64,000 bases of DNA from Smithellaceae bacterium. Lineage in GTDB: Bacteria > Desulfobacterota > Syntrophia > Syntrophales > Smithellaceae. The stretch is from the NCBI GenBank assembly GCA_030690945.1, contig JAUYFM010000064.1, positions 928-64,927 of the forward strand, written 5' to 3'. Positions 18,170-26,220 of this stretch are shown piece after piece. Below the pieces are notes generated by a model, which did not search any database, was not told the DNA's origin, and was given only the letters and a program-made list of their open reading frames with translations. Made by a program: the position numbers and the translations under genes. The stretch's first letter is position 1, and every line of letters begins with the position of its first letter.

Positions 18170-20576
18170 GACACAGAGGAAAATAAAATCTCAACCCGAA
18201 GGTGATGATCATAAATCCACTGATAGCGATTCTATTGGCCATGAGTATTGCTATCAGTGGGGTTCCCTATTGGCAGCACGGACATTCCGGCGTATCCGCT
18301 CAGTCTTAGGCGGACTGCGGTGGCAGCGTGGCCTCATTCGCCTTCTGATTTGCACGACCGTCATGATAATCACTCTCGTTGCGCTCGGATTATATCGCAT
18401 CTATTTTGATAGAACCAACCTGCCTGCCCTAGAACCATTTACCCGTTTTGAGTTTGCAACCATCGGTCACGTATACGATGCCAATGGTCAGCCGCTCGTG
18501 GAAATGGCCAGAGAGTACCGACGGAATATCCGGTATCAGGACATTCCACCAGTTGTTCGAGATGCGATCCTCGCCGCCGAGGACAAGAATTTCTTCACCC
18601 ATAACGGCGTTGACTATTCCGTCATTCCTCGCGTCCTCAGCAAAATCAGATTCGGAACGCTGGCAACAAGAATTACAACATTAAGCCGTGAGGACGAGGT
18701 GAAGAGCGAGGCGATCTTCCCGCATGGCGGATCGACCATCACCCAGCAACTCGTGCGGTGTCATTTTCTCAAAGACCTGACGAGTTTCCAAAACATGACG
18801 GCTCAGGAAAACAGCGATCAACTTCTGCACGGCGTGCTCTTGCCCCGTGTACTGTCCTATCTGATTGGTTCACAAAGCGTCAACATGATGGTGCGGAAGC
18901 TCGAGGAGATTCGACTGTCCTTGTGGGTCGAAAACAAGATGCAGGAGCACTTCGGTTCCAAACACCGCGCCAAGGAAGAAATTTTGGCCCGCTACGCCAG
19001 TTTGATCTACATGGGAAATGGTCAGTACGGATTTGCGGCAGCAGCGGAATATTATTTTGGCCGGCCTCTCACTACATTCACCGTGGATGACGCAGACAAG
19101 GCAGCCGTGCTTGCCTCTATCGCCAAATCACCGCGCAACTACGCGCCCGGCGCGAATAACTCAGAGAGAAGCTTGCACCGGAGAAATCAAATTCTGGCGC
19201 TGATGACGACAAACGGTTTCATTTCTCAAGACAGACTGAAGGATGCCGAACAACGCCCGATTCAGGCCGCCGTAGGACGCAAAAACAAGGCGCTTCTGGG
19301 GTCTGCGGTTGTAAGCAATGTCCTGGAAGAGCTCAAAGGCCGCCATGTCGACCTCAGCATTGAAGACCTTCTGCAGGGCCGCATCCAGATTTACTCGACG
19401 GTGGACGCCCGGGTGCAACAAATTGTGGACGATGCCCTCGAGCATGGTCTCGCGCTTTACGAGAAGCGGCGCCCTGCCGCCAAAGGGCTGATCCAGGGTT
19501 CTGTCGTTGTGCTGAGAAATCGTGATGCAAGCATTCTCGCCGAAACGGGTGGCCGCAGGCTCTACCAGGACCGTTCCAGTTCATACAGCGATTTTAACCG
19601 CGTCACAAAGTCTCTGAGGCAACCGGGTTCCGCGATGAAACCTATTGTCTATCTCGCTGCGTTTCAGCAGGGAATATTTAATCTGGATACGCTGGTTCCC
19701 GACGAACCCATCAGCGTTCCCGACAAAGGGAAACAGAAGACGAAATGGATCTCAAACTACGATGGTCAATTCAAAGGCATGATCCCGCTCAGGGAAGCCC
19801 TGGCACAATCCAGAAACGCCGTGGCAATTTGGATCACCGAACGGATTGGGATTGACAGCGTCATGTGGATGGCGCGTAGCCTGGGGATCCAAACACCGCT
19901 TTCGCCCTATGTCACAACTGCGCTAGGTGCGTCCGAAGTGAATTTACTGGAGTTGGCCAATGCGTATCGTACAATGGCCTCGGGCATCTTCGCGAAGCCG
20001 TATGTGATCCGAAAGATCGTTAACAATTCCGGTGAGGTGGTAGCCGATAATGATCACAGCAAACCTCCGGTCGCCGTCGTCCTCTATGCGCTTGCGCTCA
20101 TTCAGGAAGGCCTGCGCGGTATTGTGCGCATGCCCTCCGGCACGGCTCATGCGCTTGAAGCAAGCGGTTTTCCGATCCCCGTTATGGGAAAGACAGGAAC
20201 AACCAATAACTTCAGGGATGCGCTCTTTGTAGGGTCCACTTACGGCCCTGAAGGAATCACTATTGCCGTGCGTATCGGCTTTGATGACAACCGTTCCCTC
20301 GGACACAAAGAAACCGGCGGCCGGGTTGCGCTTCCGGTGTTCAGAAAAATTATGCTGAACGTGTACCGCAAAATGCTGGCGGGACCTGTGCCTGCATTTC
20401 CGGTTCAAATGGAACAAAGGATTAATAATTACCTGAAAGGCGATCCCGTTGAAGATGCGTCGGCACCGGAGAAAAATATCCCTCAAAATACTGAGGCTCC
20501 ACCAAATATTGAGGCCAAACGAATCATTCCAAATCATGTGCTGCTCTCTCTTTTTCCTCTAACGTTCCGTTATTAA
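18126..20576 (+). CDS. Class A penicillin-binding protein (PBP1A family: glycosyltransferase + transpeptidase)
   Basis: 816-aa ORF. GT51 motifs are EDKNFFTHNGVD and GGSTITQQL. Transpeptidase motifs are SAMKP (SxxK), SRN and KTGTT. It overlaps the ytxH-like gene by 44 nt, and its 3' end runs into cassette copy 4. Confidence 0.85.
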   Translation: MAKKNRPKPVLQKNKTQRKIKSQPEGDDHKSTDSDSIGHEYCYQWGSLLAARTFRRIRSVLGGLRWQRGLIRLLICTTVMIITLVALGLYRIYFDRTNLPALEPFTRFEFATIGHVYDANGQPLVEMAREYRRNIRYQDIPPVVRDAILAAEDKNFFTHNGVDYSVIPRVLSKIRFGTLATRITTLSREDEVKSEAIFPHGGSTITQQLVRCHFLKDLTSFQNMTAQENSDQLLHGVLLPRVLSYLIGSQSVNMMVRKLEEIRLSLWVENKMQEHFGSKHRAKEEILARYASLIYMGNGQYGFAAAAEYYFGRPLTTFTVDDADKAAVLASIAKSPRNYAPGANNSERSLHRRNQILALMTTNGFISQDRLKDAEQRPIQAAVGRKNKALLGSAVVSNVLEELKGRHVDLSIEDLLQGRIQIYSTVDARVQQIVDDALEHGLALYEKRRPAAKGLIQGSVVVLRNRDASILAETGGRRLYQDRSSSYSDFNRVTKSLRQPGSAMKPIVYLAAFQQGIFNLDTLVPDEPISVPDKGKQKTKWISNYDGQFKGMIPLREALAQSRNAVAIWITERIGIDSVMWMARSLGIQTPLSPYVTTALGASEVNLLELANAYRTMASGIFAKPYVIRKIVNNSGEVVADNDHSKPPVAVVLYALALIQEGLRGIVRMPSGTAHALEASGFPIPVMGKTGTTNNFRDALFVGSTYGPEGITIAVRIGFDDNRSLGHKETGGRVALPVFRKIMLNVYRKMLAGPVPAFPVQMEQRINNYLKGDPVEDASAPEKNIPQNTEAPPNIEAKRIIPNHVLLSLFPLTFRY

Positions 20577-20628
20577 TGAATTAATAAAATCTTCTGATTC
20601 TCCTTCGGCTATTGGCAGACTCCTTGCT
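20480..20628 (+). promoter_or_regulatory. Sigma-54 promoter cassette copy 4
   Basis: The UAS at 20481-20514 is CCTCAAAATACTGAGG-CT-CCACCAAATATTGAGG and lies inside the PBP ORF. The -24/-12 element at 20613-20628 is TGGCAGactccTTGCT. The ATG at 20685 lies 58 nt downstream. Confidence 0.8.
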
Positions 20629-20684
20629 ATTACAATTGGTATGATCATGTTCATTATACATCGTACGAAAGAAGGTTCTTTTTT

Positions 20685-20993
20685 ATGATCCTTGTCATCA
20701 CACGCATGAAGGTCATCTCTGAGAAACGTTTGGAGTTGTCCCAGACGATTGCTTCACTATCCGGTTCTATCAGGAAGGAGAAGGGATGTAAGCGTTGCGA
20801 CTTCTGCCAGAGTATCGAGGATGAAGATCGACTCTTTCTTATCGAAGAATGGGATACCAGGGAAAATCTTATGAACCACATGAAATCGGAGAACGCGAGT
20901 GTGTTCCGGGGTGGTGCGCAGAATCTTCTCCAAGGTCCATATGAAAGGAGATTCCACACCGTTTTCAGCCCTGCAGGGATGGCGGAGACTTAA
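20685..20993 (+). CDS. Antibiotic biosynthesis monooxygenase (ABM) family protein
   Basis: 102-aa ORF with the ABM pattern GC.RCDFCQSIEDEDRLFLIEEWDTRENLMNHMKSE. Confidence 0.7.
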   Translation: MILVITRMKVISEKRLELSQTIASLSGSIRKEKGCKRCDFCQSIEDEDRLFLIEEWDTRENLMNHMKSENASVFRGGAQNLLQGPYERRFHTVFSPAGMAET

Positions 20994-21045
20994 AAAGTCA
21001 CGCAATGAATCATTTAACAATCAGTCTTATTTGAGAGGAGTAACC

Positions 21046-21153
21046 ATGAAATTGAACATCCTGCAACCATGCGCCAGAGACCAGGTCCCGATATTGAGTT
21101 ATATCGTCACGGTCTTTCTCATCACCATTGGCATTTCTGCGCTGATCCGCTGA
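21046..21153 (+). CDS. Small membrane protein (35 aa), truncated DUF3096-like paralog
   Basis: This ORF is not in the supplied track as such. Translation is MKLNILQPCARDQVPILSYIVTVFLITIGISALIR, preceded by a GAGAGGAG RBS. Its C-terminal half aligns with that of the DUF3096 protein at 17157-17291 (YIVAIYLIVIGILGLIR). Confidence 0.45.
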   Translation: MKLNILQPCARDQVPILSYIVTVFLITIGISALIR

Positions 21154-21258
21154 TTGGTTTGCGCATCTCGTATAAATAGGACCCCGCAATGATGGAAGTC
21201 TTGCGGGATGAAAGAATTCAAACAACAACCGTAAAAACAACAAAAGGAGAACGGACAA

Positions 21259-22014
21259 ATGAAAACAATGAACAGACTCGTAGTAATGATAGTGGCGGCA
21301 GTGGTGCTGCTGGCGCTCAGCATGCCCGTGTATGCATCCAAGTTGGACAGCCGTATCGAATCATCCGCCAAAAATTCGTATGTATTCCAGACTTATCTTC
21401 AGGGTGATGATATTAAAATTCAGTCCGTAAATGGCGCTGTGACCTTAACGGGAACTGTCTCCCAGGAATCACACAAAGCATTAGCCCACGAGACCGTAGC
21501 AGGTTTGCCGGGGGTTAAGAGCGTGGACAACAAGCTGGAAATCAAAGGGGAACGCCCCGCTGATAACACGGATGCATGGATCACAGCAAAAGTAAAAACC
21601 ATACTCCTGTTTCATCGGAACGTGAGCGTTATGACAGAGATTAGCACCAAAGACGGCATCGTCACCCTGAAAGGCGATACGTTAAGCCAGGCACAAAAGG
21701 ATCTGACAACCGAATACGCAAAAGATGTCGAAGGGGTCAAAGGCGTCAATAATGAGATGACCATCGGGAAGACTCCGAAAAAGAAACAAACGGTCGGCTC
21801 TAAGATTGATGACGCTTCCATCACCGCTCAGGTCAAGGTGACGCTGCTCTATCACCGCTCGACCAGTGGCATCAATACCTCGGTCACCACGAAGAGGGGT
21901 GTTGTGACATTGACCGGCAAGGCGAAAAATGCTGCTGAAAAAGACCTGGCTGCCAAATTCGCCAACGACGTAAATGGTGTAAAGAGTGTAAATAACCGGA
22001 TGACCATCGAGTAA
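21259..22014 (+). CDS. BON domain protein (OsmY-like, three BON repeats), secreted
   Basis: 251-aa ORF with a signal peptide (LSMPVYASK). It has three repeats of the type V.V....G.VTL.G.V.S...K..A...A..V.GVKSV.N.L. Confidence 0.85.
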   Translation: MKTMNRLVVMIVAAVVLLALSMPVYASKLDSRIESSAKNSYVFQTYLQGDDIKIQSVNGAVTLTGTVSQESHKALAHETVAGLPGVKSVDNKLEIKGERPADNTDAWITAKVKTILLFHRNVSVMTEISTKDGIVTLKGDTLSQAQKDLTTEYAKDVEGVKGVNNEMTIGKTPKKKQTVGSKIDDASITAQVKVTLLYHRSTSGINTSVTTKRGVVTLTGKAKNAAEKDLAAKFANDVNGVKSVNNRMTIE

Positions 22015-22035
22015 AGTCCGGAATCAAATTAACCA

Positions 22036-22077
22036 CTCATTGCCTTCCGGCACGGGAGTGTACCGGAAGGCAATGAG
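22036..22077 (+). other. Perfect 15-bp-stem hairpin between the BON gene and the lmo0937-type gene
   Basis: CTCATTGCCTTCCGG (22036-22050) is the exact reverse complement of CCGGAAGGCAATGAG (22063-22077), with a 12-nt loop. There is no T-tract. Confidence 0.6.
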
Positions 22078-22106
22078 AATAAATTATCAGAGGAGAGGAG
22101 AATCAT

Positions 22107-22256
22107 ATGTTGTGGACAATTGCTGTAGTATTGTTAATTTTGTGGGCTCTGGGGCTGGTGACAGGTTATACGATGGGTTCTTTTATTCATGTCCTGCTGG
22201 TCATTGCAATAATTGTTGTACTCGTTAGAGTCATTCAGGGGCGACGGGTCATTTAG
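22107..22256 (+). CDS. lmo0937-type small membrane protein (49 aa)
   Basis: This ORF is not in the supplied track. Translation is MLWTIAVVLLILWALGLVTGYTMGSFIHVLLVIAIIVVLVRVIQGRRVI, preceded by a GGAGAGGAG RBS. The MLWTI..VL.ILW.LG...Y..G..IH.LLVIA..V pattern is characteristic of that family. Confidence 0.75.
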   Translation: MLWTIAVVLLILWALGLVTGYTMGSFIHVLLVIAIIVVLVRVIQGRRVI

Positions 22257-22364
22257 AAGACGAACATGAGAATTATTTTATGAGATAGACGCATCGGGGT
22301 TGGGGGACCGGTAAGGTGTTTTATATTGATCCGGCCCCTCTTTAGAGAAAGAGGGAAGCAACTC

Positions 22365-22814
22365 ATGATAAAGATGAAAGTAAATAAATATACGAAGTTT
22401 GTTTTTCATCTGCGCAAATACAGCTTCTATCTTACAGTCATGACCTCTCTTGTTTTAATTTTTGTTTTTCTCGGCGCAACGTCCTATCTCTATCTGCCGT
22501 CACCATCGACAAATCCTTACAGACAAGCGTTGGAAGAATCTTTCAGGCAAGAGAATGTCCAACACGAATGGAAACGGCTGTACAAATATCATGGAAATCC
22601 GGCAGTGGTTATTTATGAAGAAGGGAAGGCGCCTTATTTTTACGATAAACAAGGCAACGAATGTGCCTTTATCGCACCACTAGGAGCAGTCAAACCTATT
22701 AATCAGCCGGCGGAAGATAGCAAGGATTATACAACATTGACGTTCAACCCAAAACCATTATTAGAACCGACACGCCGAGAGGAGTTCCTGGATGAACAGA
22801 AGCATGTTCCGTGA
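22365..22814 (+). CDS. Hypothetical membrane-anchored protein
   Basis: ORF 22326-22814, with the ATG at 22365 (MIKMKVNKY) preferred. The upstream codons form the hairpin CCCTCTTT-agag-AAAGAGGG (22336-22355). There is one TM segment, and I recognise no family. Confidence 0.45.
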   Translation: MIKMKVNKYTKFVFHLRKYSFYLTVMTSLVLIFVFLGATSYLYLPSPSTNPYRQALEESFRQENVQHEWKRLYKYHGNPAVVIYEEGKAPYFYDKQGNECAFIAPLGAVKPINQPAEDSKDYTTLTFNPKPLLEPTRREEFLDEQKHVP

Positions 22815-23108
22815 GATTAAAGACGGTGAAGATGTGACCGATATTATCGCTAAATTTTTTGCATTTATAGCCATTCCTGCCGCTGTGTTCGTGATTGTTT
22901 TCGCACTATGGACGATCTTCCAGGTACCGGGAAATGCCTGCGGGCCCGGCATTTGCTGAGCTCATTAAGGTTGTGGCTATGCTGGACACAAATATCGAAA
23001 ACCAGCCGAATAATCGCGCTAATCAAAAAAATCTCCGCTAATGCCACCCCAATTACGCGAACTGAGCCAACCGGAATGGACATTAGGGAGAATTTTTTTA
23101 GGGCGATA

Positions 23109-24260
23109 TCACACTTTGATTTTGCCTTCTTTCATCATTTTTGTGGCCTTAAAAATATCTAGAGGGAACTTTTTGTATACTTCTTCAAGCTTTACCAGGA
23201 GAACCGGATAACCGATCCCCTGAGCAAGCGCAAAGGGACCAAAAGGAGACCCGCCGCCGTTGGCCATCGCCAGATCGATTTCCTTGGGATCATCCGCCAC
23301 GCCTTCTTCCAGCACTTTCGTCGCTTCGTTGACCTGTAACGCGACCAGATGATTCAGATCGAATTCCTTGGTCGCCTTGGCCAGATCAATGGCCGGTCTG
23401 CCCTTAGACCAGTCATAAAACCCCTTGCCGGTTTTTTTGCCGAGGTTGCCTGATTTCAAATAAGACTCGATGGCATCGGATGGCTTGTAATCCTTGGAAA
23501 GCACCTGCGCAAAATATTCCAAACCATGCACAGCGACATCAATGCCGACATAGTCCAAAAGTTCGAATGGCGCCATCGCCATGATGGGCTTAAACGCTGC
23601 GTCAAACTCTTCCGGCGTGGGATGGCCCGCTTCCAGAATTTTGGAAAGCAAAAGCAACGTCGGTTCGTTGACCCGGTTGTAAATGAAACCCGGCGAGTCT
23701 TTCCTAACGATGACCGGAACTTTTTTAATTTTTTTGGCGATGTCATAGCCAATCTGAATAGATTCGTCGGATGTCTTGCCGCCTTTGATGACTTCCACGA
23801 GTTTCATCAAAATGGCCGGGTTGAAAAAATGATAGCCGATCACCTTCTCCGGTCTCTGTGTGGCCGAAGCTATATCCGTAATGCTGATATTGGAAGTGTT
23901 CGACGCCAAAATGGCATGTTTGGGGGCGAACTTGTCCAGATCGGCAAAGACGCTTCTTTTGAGTTCGAGTTTTTCCGGCACGGCTTCAATAATGAAATCG
24001 GCATCCTTCACCGCTGTCTGTAAATCAACCATCGGGGTAAGACGCGCCAGAGCGTCATTGTATGCCTCCGGTGTCACTTTTCCTTTTTCTTTGAATTTGT
24101 CAAAGCTGGCTTTGATACCGGCCATTCCTTTATCCACAAATCTCTGTTCGATGTCCCGCAAAACAACGGTATAACCGCCCAACAAGCAGGATGCCGCGAT
24201 TCCGTGTCCCATATCCCCTGCACCGATCATTGCAATCTTCTTTACGTCTTCAGATTTCAT
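23109..24260 (-). CDS. hbd: 3-hydroxyacyl-CoA / 3-hydroxybutyryl-CoA dehydrogenase
   Basis: 383-aa ORF with the NAD-binding motif KIAMIGAGDMGHGIA, the motif ILASNTSNISIT and C-terminal 3HCDH domain(s). Confidence 0.85.
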   Translation of the reverse strand: MKSEDVKKIAMIGAGDMGHGIAASCLLGGYTVVLRDIEQRFVDKGMAGIKASFDKFKEKGKVTPEAYNDALARLTPMVDLQTAVKDADFIIEAVPEKLELKRSVFADLDKFAPKHAILASNTSNISITDIASATQRPEKVIGYHFFNPAILMKLVEVIKGGKTSDESIQIGYDIAKKIKKVPVIVRKDSPGFIYNRVNEPTLLLLSKILEAGHPTPEEFDAAFKPIMAMAPFELLDYVGIDVAVHGLEYFAQVLSKDYKPSDAIESYLKSGNLGKKTGKGFYDWSKGRPAIDLAKATKEFDLNHLVALQVNEATKVLEEGVADDPKEIDLAMANGGGSPFGPFALAQGIGYPVLLVKLEEVYKKFPLDIFKATKMMKEGKIKV

Positions 24261-24318
24261 TTTAATTCTCCTTCCTTATCTTTAGGATTTTTGCCCTGAT
24301 TTCGTCGTTATCATATAT

Positions 24319-26184
24319 TTACTCTTTCAGCGCTCCGGTGAAGTTGTCCGCCTCGACCTTCAGCGCGGCGCCTTCGTTGTTCATGATGCAGGCAAGGCGG
24401 CCGTAGAATTTGGGAAATTCCGCGCCGATGAAAAACTGCGACGACAGCACGCGGCCGCTGTAGTAGGCGGCTTCCGGGTTGTCGGCCAGAATCTTCTGCC
24501 GGTCGGCGCCTTTGGCATCGCCCAACAACGCTTTGGCTTTGGGAGTGGTGATGGTGAGGCTCCACAGATGCAGCCAGGCCAGAATCAGCGGATACATGGC
24601 CTGCTGGAAGGGTGTTGCGTTATTGAGCAGAAGGAGAATCTTCATTTCGCTCATCTGCTTCTTCATCATCTCGATCATCTCGTCGAGTTTTGCCAGACCG
24701 TCGACGACCGGATTGACATACTTGTCGTCGACGACGCCTTTGGCCTTCGCAATCGTGCCATTCATCCATTCCTTGAGCTGGGAGTAGTTGTACATCTCGG
24801 GATTCATGAGAATCTTGCGCATGACCAGGTCGAGTGACTGGATGGCGTTGGTCCCCTCATAGATCGAAAAAACTTTGGTGTCGCGGGCGTACTGTTCGAC
24901 CGGGTATTCCTGGCAGAAGCCGTAACCACCGTAAACCTGCATCGCCTCGGCGGTGACGAGCCAGGAGGCGTCGGAGATGCCGGCCTTCACAATCGGAGTC
25001 AGGATTTCGACGATACCGGTCGCTCTTTTCACTTCTTCGGGATCTTTCGATGCATGCATGATATCCTCGTGATAGGCAAGGAAGAGGCACAGCATACTCA
25101 TCCCCTCGACGTTGCTCTTCATGTAAAGGAGCATCCGCTTCACGTCCGGGTGATTGATGATGGTCACGGGGCCGCCTTTGGGATTGGTAATGAGGGCGCT
25201 CTGAACCCTGTTGCGGGCGTAAGTTACAGCGTGCAGGTAAGCGGCACTGGAGCAACCCAGGGCTTGGACACCCGTGTGGATGCGGGCTGCGTTCATGAGA
25301 TGGAACATGACCTTCATGCCTTCGCGTTCTTTGCCCAGCAGGTAGCCGACGCACTTGCCGTTATCGCCAAAATTCAGCGAGGAGGTGGCGTTTCCTTTAA
25401 GGCCCATTTTGTGCTCGATGCCCGAACAGATCATGTCGTTGCGCTTGCCCAGGGAACCATCCTTGTTGATGAGGACTTTGGGAACGACGAAGATCGAGAT
25501 CCCCTTGGTCCCTTCCGGATCGCCTTCGATCCTCGCGAGGACCGGGTGAATGATGTTCTCGTTCATGTCGTGTTCGCCGTTGGAGATGAAAATCTTTGAG
25601 CCGGTGATCAGATAGGTACCATCGGCTTGCTTGACCGCCTTTGTTTTCAGAGCCCCGACATCGGATCCGGCGCCCGGCTCCGTCAGACACATGGTGCCGC
25701 CCCATTTTCCTTCCAGCAGCTTGGGAACAACCATGTCATAGAGTTCCTTATTAGCGAAGGGGGCGATGATGGCGAGCGCCCCGGTTATCGAGCCGCAATA
25801 CATTGTCAGGGATGTGTTTCCGGCATTGAAATACTCGGCGCAGGCCATCGAGATGCTGGAGGGGAGGCCCATCCCGCCCATTTGCTGGGGCAGGGCCAGG
25901 GAATGGAATCCTGACTCGATATAGGCATTGAATCCCTTTTTGAACGATTCGGGAACCTTGACCTCGCCCGTTTTGGGATCGAACTTCAGGCCCGTCTTGT
26001 CCCCTTCGGCATTGGTCGGATAAAACTGCTGGATGGCAATCTTTTCTGCCAGTTCGAGCGTATCTTCATAGACGCTACGATCAAAATCTTTGAATCGATC
26101 AAAGCGGTTAAGCTTCTCCAACTCCAACATTTCAAAGAGTATAAAACGAACATCACGCGAATCAACTAACGGGTTTAACGACAT
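24319..26184 (-). CDS. Long-form acyl-CoA dehydrogenase
   Basis: 621-aa ORF with ACAD motifs (CLTEPGAGSDVG, YGGYGFCQEYPVEQYARDTKVFSIYEGTN) and a C-terminal extension domain. Confidence 0.85.
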   Translation of the reverse strand: MSLNPLVDSRDVRFILFEMLELEKLNRFDRFKDFDRSVYEDTLELAEKIAIQQFYPTNAEGDKTGLKFDPKTGEVKVPESFKKGFNAYIESGFHSLALPQQMGGMGLPSSISMACAEYFNAGNTSLTMYCGSITGALAIIAPFANKELYDMVVPKLLEGKWGGTMCLTEPGAGSDVGALKTKAVKQADGTYLITGSKIFISNGEHDMNENIIHPVLARIEGDPEGTKGISIFVVPKVLINKDGSLGKRNDMICSGIEHKMGLKGNATSSLNFGDNGKCVGYLLGKEREGMKVMFHLMNAARIHTGVQALGCSSAAYLHAVTYARNRVQSALITNPKGGPVTIINHPDVKRMLLYMKSNVEGMSMLCLFLAYHEDIMHASKDPEEVKRATGIVEILTPIVKAGISDASWLVTAEAMQVYGGYGFCQEYPVEQYARDTKVFSIYEGTNAIQSLDLVMRKILMNPEMYNYSQLKEWMNGTIAKAKGVVDDKYVNPVVDGLAKLDEMIEMMKKQMSEMKILLLLNNATPFQQAMYPLILAWLHLWSLTITTPKAKALLGDAKGADRQKILADNPEAAYYSGRVLSSQFFIGAEFPKFYGRLACIMNNEGAALKVEADNFTGALKE

Positions 26185-26220
26185 AACTGCCTCCTTAAAA
26201 ATAATATTTTTTATCCCTTG

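Noticed and set aside
22792-22959. A 55-aa ORF (MNRSMFREIKDGEDV...FALWTIFQVPGNACGPGIC) overlapping the end of the 22365-22814 gene.
   Set aside because: It has one plausible TM helix and sits before a weak hairpin (AAATGCC..GGCATTT). However, it has no clear RBS and I recognise no family, and a competing antisense ORF exists. The support is insufficient to call it.
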